Assembly: GCA_964514965.1 (NCBI GenBank)
Contig: CAZETV010000001.1
Span: forward strand, 603,063-635,062
Length of the DNA stretch: 32,000 nucleotides
Source of the DNA: Candidatus Hadarchaeota archaeon
Lineage (GTDB): Archaea; Hadarchaeota; Hadarchaeia; Hadarchaeales; Hadarchaeaceae
Direction: 5' to 3'
Made by a program: the position numbers and the translations under genes. This document shows positions 20,424-28,123 of this stretch, one piece after another (the first letter of the stretch is position 1; each line of letters opens with the position of its first letter). The notes beneath the pieces were generated by a model. The model was not told the origin of the DNA, did not search any database, and worked only from the letters and a program-made list of their open reading frames with translations.

Positions 20424-21113
20424 TCATAGAGTTAAAACCTTGTCTCTAATAAAATTCAGATATTCTCTTATTTCGCTATTCGAATAATCTTTAAATTTTT
20501 CATCTCCATGAGCCGCCATAGAACCTAACTGGTAATTGGCCCTTAAGCTGCTTTCAAGAGGTTTTTGGATAATCCCTTTCTGCCTCAATTTGATTATAAC
20601 TTGGTCAAATTTCTTCTCCTCGACTCCTTCCTTTCTGGCGAATTCTCTAACGGTGGTTTCTAAGACAATTCTACCGTAAATCGCTGCCGCTATCCTATGA
20701 CCACTCTCAAGGAACTCAAAAGCTTGTTCAAGCAAATCGCTGAATACCAGAATTTCTCGCTTATAGAATAAATCTTCTGTTAACTCGTTCACCACAGCAT
20801 CTAAAACGTGTTCAAGAATAGCAGTCGCGTTTGCAACATTCTCTTTATAGAATCGGCCACCCCTATATCCAACTTTTTTGCTTATTTCATTCACAAAATC
20901 TTTCAGAAATACAGAGTCTGCGCCAAATCTTAACTTTAGCAAATTGATGGAATCTTGTGACCGTTTTATCGCTCTTGGATATAATTTTACATTTTCAGAT
21001 TGGTTATGAGTAAAATAACTATCTAACTTATCTTCACTGTTTAGTGCCATTGCCAGATTCCTGCCTTCTTTAATAAGATTTGATAGTTTCTCAATTATTT
21101 TTTCATCTCTCAT
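20424..21113 (-). CDS. Hypothetical helical protein, HEPN/DUF4145-like C-terminus
   Basis: LLEQAFEFLESGHRIAAAIYGRIVLETTVREFARKEG ... RANYQLGSMAAHGDEKF; GAGGGAG ribosome-binding site before ATG at 21113. Confidence 0.45.
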   Translation of the reverse strand: MRDEKIIEKLSNLIKEGRNLAMALNSEDKLDSYFTHNQSENVKLYPRAIKRSQDSINLLKLRFGADSVFLKDFVNEISKKVGYRGGRFYKENVANATAILEHVLDAVVNELTEDLFYKREILVFSDLLEQAFEFLESGHRIAAAIYGRIVLETTVREFARKEGVEEKKFDQVIIKLRQKGIIQKPLESSLRANYQLGSMAAHGDEKFKDYSNSEIREYLNFIRDKVLTL

Positions 21114-21259
21114 AGATGGACTCCCTCATTTCTCTAATCCCAATGACCAAAATCGCAATAGGTATGTAGTTATCCTCTTTGCCCATCAAATACTGCACCA
21201 ACTTCATCGGCCCCTTATCGCCATCCTAATCTCGGAGTACCCCTTACCTTCCACTCAAC

Positions 21260-23323
21260 CTAATGGTACTCGATTCGCTGGCGAAATTCTTCCTGCTTCC
21301 CAACGTTCCAGTTCTTCACGGGGCGGAAATACCCCACCACGCGAGAGTAAACCTCCGTGACCTTGCCGCAAGAAGGACATTTCGGGTACTCCCCCGGGAT
21401 GAAACCGTGGTCGTCGCAGATGGTGTAGGTTGGCGTCACGGTGAAGTAGGGCAACCGGGTGTTGTGGGAGACCTTGCGGACGAGGTTCATGCAGCTCTCC
21501 CCGTCCTCGAGGCTCTCGCCGAGGAAAATGTGGTGGACCGTCCCTCCCGTGTAGAGCGTCTGCAGCTCCTCCTGGTGCTTCAGGGCCGAAATCAGGTCTA
21601 GGCCGCTGTTGACGGGCAGTAGGGTGGAATTAGTGTAGTAAGGTGCGCGCTCACCGGCAGTTATTATGTCCGAATACTTTCTCTTGTCGATCTTCGCGAG
21701 CCTGTAGCTCACGCCCTCGGCCGGAGTCGCCTCCAGGTTGTAGATGTTGCCGGTCTCCTCCTGGAAGGTCTGGATGCGCCCGAGCATGAACTTGAGAGTC
21801 TTGACGGCGAACTTTTTGCCCTCGTCGGCGGCTATGCTGCAATCGAGCAAGTTCAGGCAGGCCTCGTTCATGCCCACCAGCCCGATGGTCGAAAAGTGGT
21901 TGTTCAAAGTTCCGAGGTAGCGCTTGGTGAAAGGCAGCAGGCCGTTGTCCATGTTTTTCTTCACCCTGTCGCGCTTTGCTTCCAGTGAAATCCGCGACAG
22001 TTCCATTATGTACCCAAGCTTCTCGAAAAACTCGTCCTCGCTCTTGGAAAGGTAACCCAGGCGGGGCATGTTTATCGTCACGACTCCCACCGAACCGGTC
22101 GAGTCTCCCGAGCCGAATAGCCCGCCCGTCACGTTTCTCCTCAGCTCCGCCAACTCGAGACGGAGGTGGCAACACATCGAGCGAACGTCACTCGGCCTCA
22201 GGTCGCTGTTGATGAAGTTCTGGAAGTAGGGCAGCCCGTACTTCGCGGTCATCTCGAACAGCGCCGACGAAATGCCGTTGTCCCACTCGAAGTCCTTGGT
22301 CAAATTGTAGGTGGGTATTGGGAAGGTGAAAGGTCGCCCGTTCATGTCGCCTTCCATCATGACTTCCATGAGCGCGCGGTTTATCATCCCCATTTCTTCC
22401 GTGTATTCCTCGTAGGTGTTCTCGCCCAGCTTGCCGCCGATTGTCACGTGCTGGCCCGCGAGGTCCTCCGGGACGGTCAGGTCGAGCGTGATATTAGTGA
22501 ACGGCGTCTGCCCGCCCCAGCGCGAGGCGATATTGAGGTTGAACACGAAAGTCTGCATCGCCTGCTTTATCTTTCTGTAGTCGAGCCCATCCTTGCGAAC
22601 GAAAGGTGCGAGAAGTGTATCGATGGAATTGAAGGCCTGCGCTCCGGCCCACTCGTTCTGCAGGCTGCCTATGAAGTTCGCCATTTGGAGCAGAGCCGTG
22701 TCGAGGTGGGCTGGGGGCCTTGACGCGACCTTACTGGAGACGCCGTTGAACCCCTCCGCTAAAAGCTGGTTGAGAGACCAGCCGGCGCAATAGCCTGTTA
22801 TCCCCATGCCCAAGTCGTGGACATGGAAATCTCCGTGAACGTGCGCATCCGCAACCTCCATGGGGTAGACCCTGTCGAGCGTGTAGTTCGCAATTACCGA
22901 GCCAGCGATGTGAAGCAGCAAGCCCGAAAGAGAGTAACCCACATTGCTGTTCTCTTTGACCCTCCAGTCCTGCATGCCCAGATAATCATCAACTATATTT
23001 TCGACTTCGAGGAACGTGGACTTGAGTTTCCTCATCTCTTCGTGCTGCTTTCGATAGAGGATGTACGCCTTGGCGGTCCTCGCATGACCTCGCTCGATCA
23101 AGACTTTTTCCACCACGTCTTGAATATCCTCAACGTTCGGGATTTCGCTGGCGTATTTTTCTTCCAAAACTTTTACAACTTCATTAGACAACCTTTCTGC
23201 TATTCTTCTGTCTCGCCCACCGACCTCGACCGCAGCCGCAAAAATCGCATTGATGACGCGCTCTTGGTCGAAATCCACTATCCTACCATCGCGCTTGCGC
23301 ACTTTTTTGATGATCGCGCTCAT
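21260..23323 (-). CDS. nrdD: Anaerobic ribonucleoside-triphosphate reductase
   Basis: N-terminal ATP-cone (VRKRDGRIVDFDQERVINAIF), CPSCGKVTEV zinc site, glycyl-radical motif RVVGYFRPVKNWNVGKQEEF. Confidence 0.96.
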   Translation of the reverse strand: MSAIIKKVRKRDGRIVDFDQERVINAIFAAAVEVGGRDRRIAERLSNEVVKVLEEKYASEIPNVEDIQDVVEKVLIERGHARTAKAYILYRKQHEEMRKLKSTFLEVENIVDDYLGMQDWRVKENSNVGYSLSGLLLHIAGSVIANYTLDRVYPMEVADAHVHGDFHVHDLGMGITGYCAGWSLNQLLAEGFNGVSSKVASRPPAHLDTALLQMANFIGSLQNEWAGAQAFNSIDTLLAPFVRKDGLDYRKIKQAMQTFVFNLNIASRWGGQTPFTNITLDLTVPEDLAGQHVTIGGKLGENTYEEYTEEMGMINRALMEVMMEGDMNGRPFTFPIPTYNLTKDFEWDNGISSALFEMTAKYGLPYFQNFINSDLRPSDVRSMCCHLRLELAELRRNVTGGLFGSGDSTGSVGVVTINMPRLGYLSKSEDEFFEKLGYIMELSRISLEAKRDRVKKNMDNGLLPFTKRYLGTLNNHFSTIGLVGMNEACLNLLDCSIAADEGKKFAVKTLKFMLGRIQTFQEETGNIYNLEATPAEGVSYRLAKIDKRKYSDIITAGERAPYYTNSTLLPVNSGLDLISALKHQEELQTLYTGGTVHHIFLGESLEDGESCMNLVRKVSHNTRLPYFTVTPTYTICDDHGFIPGEYPKCPSCGKVTEVYSRVVGYFRPVKNWNVGKQEEFRQRIEYH

Positions 23324-23341
23324 AATGAACTCACCTTACGC

Positions 23342-23590
23342 TCACGATACTCTGCAAACAAAACTCAATTTGTCAAAGTTCCCGCACTGCAAGCAAACAT
23401 TGATATTACCTCTTTGCTCGGAGTCGACCTTCGCACAACCTGTTCTATTCAATAAATTGTGTTGTTTCCCATCAACAAATTCGACCGCTCCCTCCACATC
23501 ATCTTGCCTCAGCAGCTTAGCCATTTTTCTAACTCTTTCGGCCACTATTCTTCTGTTCCTCAAGCTGACTTTTTTGATGGCCTCGCTCAT
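23342..23590 (-). CDS. Small conserved-looking ORF between nrdG and nrdD
   Basis: 82 aa, MSEAIKKVSLRNRRIVAERVRKMAKLLRQDDVEGAVEFVDGKQHNLL...CLQCGNFDKLSFVC; start overlaps the nrdG stop (ATGA). Confidence 0.65.
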   Translation of the reverse strand: MSEAIKKVSLRNRRIVAERVRKMAKLLRQDDVEGAVEFVDGKQHNLLNRTGCAKVDSEQRGNINVCLQCGNFDKLSFVCRVS

Positions 23591-24309
23591 GCTGATCTCA
23601 CACCTCTCACCTTACATGCCTGGAAATTGGGGGCGATTTGCTTCTGAAGTTCCTGAAGAAATCCGAGCGGGCAAGGTGCAATGTTAGAATATTTCTCATC
23701 AACGTGGGGGCCATTGGACTTGAACTGTTGAAGGAAATATTTTTTCGCGTTTTTTATCTGCTGTGTGATGAGCGCGATGTCGTCTTTGCTTGTTAGCCCG
23801 GGCACCACCGTGGTCCTAAACTCGTAATCTAATCCGTTCGAACCTCGGAGCAACTCGATGCTCTTCTCAACATCTCCCAGTGCCCCGTTTACATGAATAC
23901 CGACCACCGCTTGGTACTTATCCTCAACGAGGGGCGCTTTCACATCCATCGCGACGTAATCAACGAGGTGTTTTTCGAGCAGCTCCACCAGCATTTTCGG
24001 GTTAGACCCGTTCGTGTCGAGCTTGACGCTGTACCCCAATTTTTTCACTTTTTCCAGAAAACTCGGTAAGTCTGGATGAATGGTCGGCTCGCCGCCGGTT
24101 ATTTCCAATCCATCCAACCAATCCTTATTTTTCTCCAAATATTCCAAAACTTCTTCCTCAGATATGGACGGCAAAGTTTGGTGATTCAAAACTAGGTCTC
24201 GGTTGTAACAAAAACCGCACCTAAAGTTGCATCCTCCTACAAACACAATGGCAACAATTTTCCCTGGGTAATCGAGTAGAGAAACTTTTTGAAATCCTTT
24301 AAATTCCAT
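23587..24309 (-). CDS. nrdG: Anaerobic ribonucleotide reductase activating radical SAM protein
   Basis: CNFRCGFCYN (CxxxCxxC), EITGGEPTIHPDL, LDTNG, DVKAPL; GAGGG ribosome-binding site; adjacent to nrdD. Confidence 0.92.
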   Translation of the reverse strand: MEFKGFQKVSLLDYPGKIVAIVFVGGCNFRCGFCYNRDLVLNHQTLPSISEEEVLEYLEKNKDWLDGLEITGGEPTIHPDLPSFLEKVKKLGYSVKLDTNGSNPKMLVELLEKHLVDYVAMDVKAPLVEDKYQAVVGIHVNGALGDVEKSIELLRGSNGLDYEFRTTVVPGLTSKDDIALITQQIKNAKKYFLQQFKSNGPHVDEKYSNIAPCPLGFLQELQKQIAPNFQACKVRGVRSA

Positions 24310-24334
24310 TAATAACCCTCTTAATCGATAGTTC

Positions 24335-24383
24335 GTTACTCTGTGTGTAACACCAATTATTTATATGTTACGCTATATGTAAC
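24335..24383. promoter_or_regulatory. Shared TATA-like element flanked by two GTTAC-N7-GTAAC palindromes (candidate bidirectional promoter/operators)
   Basis: GTTAC-TCTGTGT-GTAAC at 24335-24351; TATTTATAT at 24359-24366; GTTAC-GCTATAT-GTAAC at 24367-24383. Confidence 0.6.
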
Positions 24384-24404
24384 ACACACAACAGGGGGAC
24401 CGTA

Positions 24405-25115
24405 ATGAGAGTTCTGAGAAGGAGCAAAGCCACTGAAATCCTGCTCGAGTTGCTAAAGGGCCCCAAGCACGTGAGGGAGTTGCAATCCCAAGTCGGCGGT
24501 AGTGCCTCAACTTTGGAAATGCGCATCCACGAACTTTTAAAAGAGGGGTGGATTCGCTATGAGGAGTCGGATATCTGGCCCTTTAGAAAGGTCCTGAAAT
24601 TGACAGACCGCGGGGCGGAAGTGGTGAAGCTCTTAAAGCTCGAAGGCGGCTTCTTCGGAGCCGCTGAAAGGGCGGTTAAGAAATTCGCATTATCAGAAGA
24701 CCGGGCAAAATACCTGCTAACGTTATTGCACGCCATGGGGGGAAAGATCGAGGGAGGAATAAAACTCCAAAAGCTGCTCTTCCTGTCAAAACATGAATTT
24801 GGACTCGAATTTTCCTACCAGTTCGCTCCGTACGCGCATGGACCGTTCTCGGAAGAAGTTTCAGACGACGTGACCGGGCTTATCAGCATGAAATTAATGG
24901 AAGTCGAAGGGAAAGTCATTGACGCAGGCGACGGGGTTGTTGAGAGGCGCTATAGGTTGACGCCCAACGGGGAGAAAGCGGCGAAGAAAATTTATACCAA
25001 ATTGCCAGGGGCGACAAAACGGTCCCTGCAGTCATTGAAGCGGTTCAACGAGATGAAGTTAGTCGAGCTACTCCGCTATGTCTATTCTAAGTATCCAAAG
25101 GAGAGCACCGGTTAA
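24405..25115 (+). CDS. Winged-helix domain fused to a YwgA-like C-terminal domain
   Basis: N-term wHTH (ATEILLELLKGPKHVRELQSQVGGSASTLEMRIHELLKEGWI...); C-term GGIKLQKLLFLSKHEFGLEFSYQFAPYAHGPFSEEVSDDV.....LTPNGEKAA. Confidence 0.6.
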   Translation: MRVLRRSKATEILLELLKGPKHVRELQSQVGGSASTLEMRIHELLKEGWIRYEESDIWPFRKVLKLTDRGAEVVKLLKLEGGFFGAAERAVKKFALSEDRAKYLLTLLHAMGGKIEGGIKLQKLLFLSKHEFGLEFSYQFAPYAHGPFSEEVSDDVTGLISMKLMEVEGKVIDAGDGVVERRYRLTPNGEKAAKKIYTKLPGATKRSLQSLKRFNEMKLVELLRYVYSKYPKESTG

Positions 25116-25152
25116 CTCTCGCCAGAAGTTACAAAGTAAAAATGTAGTTAAT

Positions 25153-25575
25153 TCAAGCGCGCACCAAGATGGCCGCCCGTTCACGATCGTATCGCCAGTC
25201 AGGAGCTAAAATCCCTTTTCTCTTGTAGTACTTGGCCAACTTGTTAATCTCGGACTCAACTACTTCTAGAGCGCGCTTGGCCCCGAAATCCTTCGGATTG
25301 CGTTCGAGATGGTCATGCAGAGGTACTGCTTTTCTAATTTTATTCATGAGGTCTTCAGGTAGCTCGGGCTTCAGACCGTGGGCATCCATTATCTGCTTTA
25401 TGCTCTTTCCTGTAGTCTCCTCGACGCTCGGTACGGCATGTTGGTCACGCATAATCATACCTATCCTGCTCGGAGGAATGCCCTCCTTCGCCAGCTTCAC
25501 CACGAGTTCTTCAACCTCGCTGGCCGATAGCTCACTCAGTCTTGCGCCCGTATGTCTCATTTGTTCGCTTTCCAT
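25153..25575 (-). CDS. rps15: Ribosomal protein S15 (archaeal type)
   Basis: EVEELVVKLAKEGIPPSRIGMIMRDQHAVPSVEETTGKSI...HGLKPELPEDLMNKIRKAV.L..HLE.NPKD...KR.L..VES.I..L.KYYKRKG.L..DWRYD. Start at 25575 (MESEQM) is 4 bp from the upstream gene. Confidence 0.92.
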   Translation of the reverse strand: MESEQMRHTGARLSELSASEVEELVVKLAKEGIPPSRIGMIMRDQHAVPSVEETTGKSIKQIMDAHGLKPELPEDLMNKIRKAVPLHDHLERNPKDFGAKRALEVVESEINKLAKYYKRKGILAPDWRYDRERAAILVRA

Positions 25576-25579
25576 TCGT

Positions 25580-26152
25580 TCACCCACGAACTTTTTCTCT
25601 TTGTTTGTACCACTTGAAAAATGCTTCGATTGCACGAGCTCGATGAGAAAATTGATTCTTTTCGTCCATTGGTATTTCAGCAAAAGTCCTGCCGTCACCC
25701 TCGCTGGCCACGAAAATCGGGTCGAATCCAAAACCACTCGTGCCACGAGCTTCGAGCGTGATTGTGCCCTCAACCTTCCCTGTGAAGACCTCGGGTTTCT
25801 TACCAGGCTCGCAGTACCCAATGGCAGACCTGAACTCGGCTCTTCTATCCTTTTCCTCGCTCATGAGCTTCAACAAGCCCTCGTTACCCAATGTCCGAAA
25901 AACAAAGTTGGAGTATGGCCCCGGGAAACCCTGAAGAGCCCGAACGAATAACCCCGCATCCTCGGCGAAGCAGGGTTGTCTGATCAGGGCACATGCCTGC
26001 TGGACGCTCGGGCACACAACTTGTTCGAGCTCGTCCGCTTGAATCTCTATGTAGGGTGTGTCGCTGTGCTCAAGCTTAACGCCGTGCCTAACCGCGAGTT
26101 CGCTCACCTCCTCGAACTTGTGGCGGTTACTCGTGACGAAGATTAGTGCCAT
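25580..26152 (-). CDS. XTP/dITP diphosphatase (RdgB/HAM1/Ham1-like)
   Basis: FVTSNRHKFEEVSELA, FAEDAGLFVRALQGFPGPYSNFVFRTLG, GTSGFGFDPIF, NQFSHRARAIEAF. Confidence 0.94.
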   Translation of the reverse strand: MALIFVTSNRHKFEEVSELAVRHGVKLEHSDTPYIEIQADELEQVVCPSVQQACALIRQPCFAEDAGLFVRALQGFPGPYSNFVFRTLGNEGLLKLMSEEKDRRAEFRSAIGYCEPGKKPEVFTGKVEGTITLEARGTSGFGFDPIFVASEGDGRTFAEIPMDEKNQFSHRARAIEAFFKWYKQREKVRG

Positions 26153-26811
26153 GCCCGCTCCTCCTTGGATACGTAACGCCCCCGACGCTCAACTTCTTCA
26201 ACTCTTTTGACCACTTCATTCGCACCCTCACCTAACTCTTGCTTATATCCAGCTAAAACCGCGCGGTAAGCCTCGTCGGTGATACGAAAATGGATACTTT
26301 GAAGTGCGCGTCTGAGCAAGTGTAGGTCCACCCCGCGGGCTTCGAGCGATGGGTTGTATTCACCAAGCCCAAAATCGACGAAGTAAATCTTGCCCCCGCG
26401 GGTCAAAATCATGTTCGATGTCGTCAGATCCCCATGCACGATGCCGGCGCGGTGCAATCTAGCGACTTGTTTGCCTATTAACTTACATAACCTCTGCCTC
26501 TCGGAAGATTTCAGCTTGTCGAGCACCAGCTTGACCTGCTTGCCTTCTATGAACTCCATCACAACCCGCATGTTCACGAGATCGACCTCAAATATCGTGG
26601 GAGTGGGTGTCCCGGCTTTTTTTGCATCTGCGAGCAACTTTGCTTCGAGCGCGGTTCTAGACTCGCGCAACTGTTTATCCAATTCAGAAACGCGGTAACG
26701 CTTCGAGATACGGTGCTTGACGATTACTCTGTTTTTATCTACGCGGTAGAGCACGCGCGAAAAGTCCTCGAGGTAGAGATTTGCCTCAGCTCCTTTTTTA
26801 AATAACACCAT
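26143..26811 (-). CDS. bud32: KEOPS-associated Kae1 kinase Bud32
   Basis: KKGAEANLYLEDF, VIVKHRISKRYR, LHRAGIVHGDLTTSNMIL, IYFVDFGLGEY. Confidence 0.94.
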   Translation of the reverse strand: MVLFKKGAEANLYLEDFSRVLYRVDKNRVIVKHRISKRYRVSELDKQLRESRTALEAKLLADAKKAGTPTPTIFEVDLVNMRVVMEFIEGKQVKLVLDKLKSSERQRLCKLIGKQVARLHRAGIVHGDLTTSNMILTRGGKIYFVDFGLGEYNPSLEARGVDLHLLRRALQSIHFRITDEAYRAVLAGYKQELGEGANEVVKRVEEVERRGRYVSKEERAWH

Positions 26812-26986
26812 CTCCCACCACCTACCACCGCTATTGATTCACATGTATAACTTAATGAAATCACCCTTGCGATTTATCTAGGCTACCCAGTCTGACTTAC
26901 TACACTCTAGGTTTTCGGTGGGAGTGGTTTAAGGGTAAAATACAGTTCGTTATTAACATGGGTCATCAACTGATAATGGGGGAAAA

Positions 26987-27295
26987 GTGAGGCAACGTCA
27001 CAGATACATCGCGTTCGAACTCATAGGCGACTCAAGCAAGAAAGACATCTCTTGGACAATTAACCAAGTTTTGCATGCCCGTGAACTGGAAGTCGACAAA
27101 ATGATGCTGAAACTCGTACATTACGACATTGACTCGCGACGAGGTCTGCTGCGCTGCGGCCATAAGCAGACCAACGAGGTCAAGGCAGCGATTTTGAGCA
27201 TTAAGAAGGTCAGTGGCAAAGAAGCATCGCTCGTGATTTTGGGCGTTTCCGGCACGATAAAGGCAGCAAAGAAGAAGTTCTTAGATCCCACTTGA
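26987..27295 (+). CDS. rnp2: Ribonuclease P protein component 2 (Pop5/Rpp14 family)
   Basis: MRQRHRYIAFELIG, YDIDSRRGLLRCGHKQTNEVKAAI, GVSGTIKAAKKKFL; directly precedes psmA. Confidence 0.88.
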   Translation: MRQRHRYIAFELIGDSSKKDISWTINQVLHARELEVDKMMLKLVHYDIDSRRGLLRCGHKQTNEVKAAILSIKKVSGKEASLVILGVSGTIKAAKKKFLDPT

Positions 27296-27364
27296 ACAAA
27301 GTATTAATAAATGCTCTTGCCTAGATGATATAGTCACGATCATCAATTAACAAGGTGTAAATGT

Positions 27365-28117
27365 ATGGCTTTTGTGCCACCTGGAGCAGGCTACGATAGG
27401 GCGATTACCATCTTCAGTCCAGATGGTAAACTATTCCAGGTTCAGTACGCCCAAGAGGCTGTGAAACGGGGCCTGACAGCCTTGGGCATCAAAGTAAATG
27501 AAGGAGTGGTTTTGGCTGCGGAAAAACGAGTTCGAAACAAACTAGTGGAGGAAGTGTCGATTGAGAAGATATTCCAAGTGGACGAGCATATCGGGGCTGC
27601 AGCTTCTGGGTTAATCGCTGACGCTCGCGTGCTGATAGATCACGCGCGTGTCGAGGCGCAGATTAACCGGTTGCGCTACGATGAGCCGATTAGCGTGCAG
27701 GCATTGGCGAAGCGTATCGGCGATATCAAGCAACTCTATACCCAACATGGCGGCGTTAGACCCTTTGGAGCTAGGCTGCTAATTGCTGGTGTCGACGTGA
27801 AGAGCGCTCATCTCTTCGAAACCGACCCAAGTGGTGTGGTTGCAGCGTACAAGTGCCAAGCAATAGGGGGCGGGGCCTCGACGGTTACAGAGTTCCTAGA
27901 GCATCACTATGATGATAAGATGTCGCTCAATGACGCGATTATCCTCGCTCTAGAGGCTCTACGAACTGTGACCGAAGGGGAAATTACCCCCGAGAAAGTA
28001 GAGATGGCAATCATCCCAAGCAAAAGTAAGCTTTTTAAGAAGTTGGGGTCCGAAGATTTGAATAAATACATAAAGAAAATGAGTCCCAAGCCGTCAGCCA
28101 AGCCCGCCAAGGAGTAG
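27365..28117 (+). CDS. psmA: Proteasome subunit alpha
   Basis: GYDRAITIFSPDGKLFQVQYAQEAVKRG, GLIADARVLIDHARVEAQ, RPFGARLLIAGVD. Confidence 0.97.
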   Translation: MAFVPPGAGYDRAITIFSPDGKLFQVQYAQEAVKRGLTALGIKVNEGVVLAAEKRVRNKLVEEVSIEKIFQVDEHIGAAASGLIADARVLIDHARVEAQINRLRYDEPISVQALAKRIGDIKQLYTQHGGVRPFGARLLIAGVDVKSAHLFETDPSGVVAAYKCQAIGGGASTVTEFLEHHYDDKMSLNDAIILALEALRTVTEGEITPEKVEMAIIPSKSKLFKKLGSEDLNKYIKKMSPKPSAKPAKE

Positions 28118-28123
28118 CGGGTT

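Noticed and set aside
21263-22723. ORFs 21263..21601 +, 21651..22175 - and 22166..22723 + over nrdD
   Set aside because: Antisense/alternate-frame shadows of a confidently assigned GC-rich nrdD gene; sequences rich in R/G/H/P with no family resemblance.
25232-25951. 239-aa plus-strand ORF opposite S15 and RdgB
   Set aside because: Antisense to two well-supported conserved genes; Ser-rich translation typical of a shadow ORF.
26804-26935. Imperfect inverted match ACCATCTCCCACC versus GGTGGGAGTGGT across the bud32-rnp2 intergenic region
   Set aside because: Best explained by a bud32 ribosome-binding site and a similar purine-rich string; arms are imperfect and about 110 bp apart.
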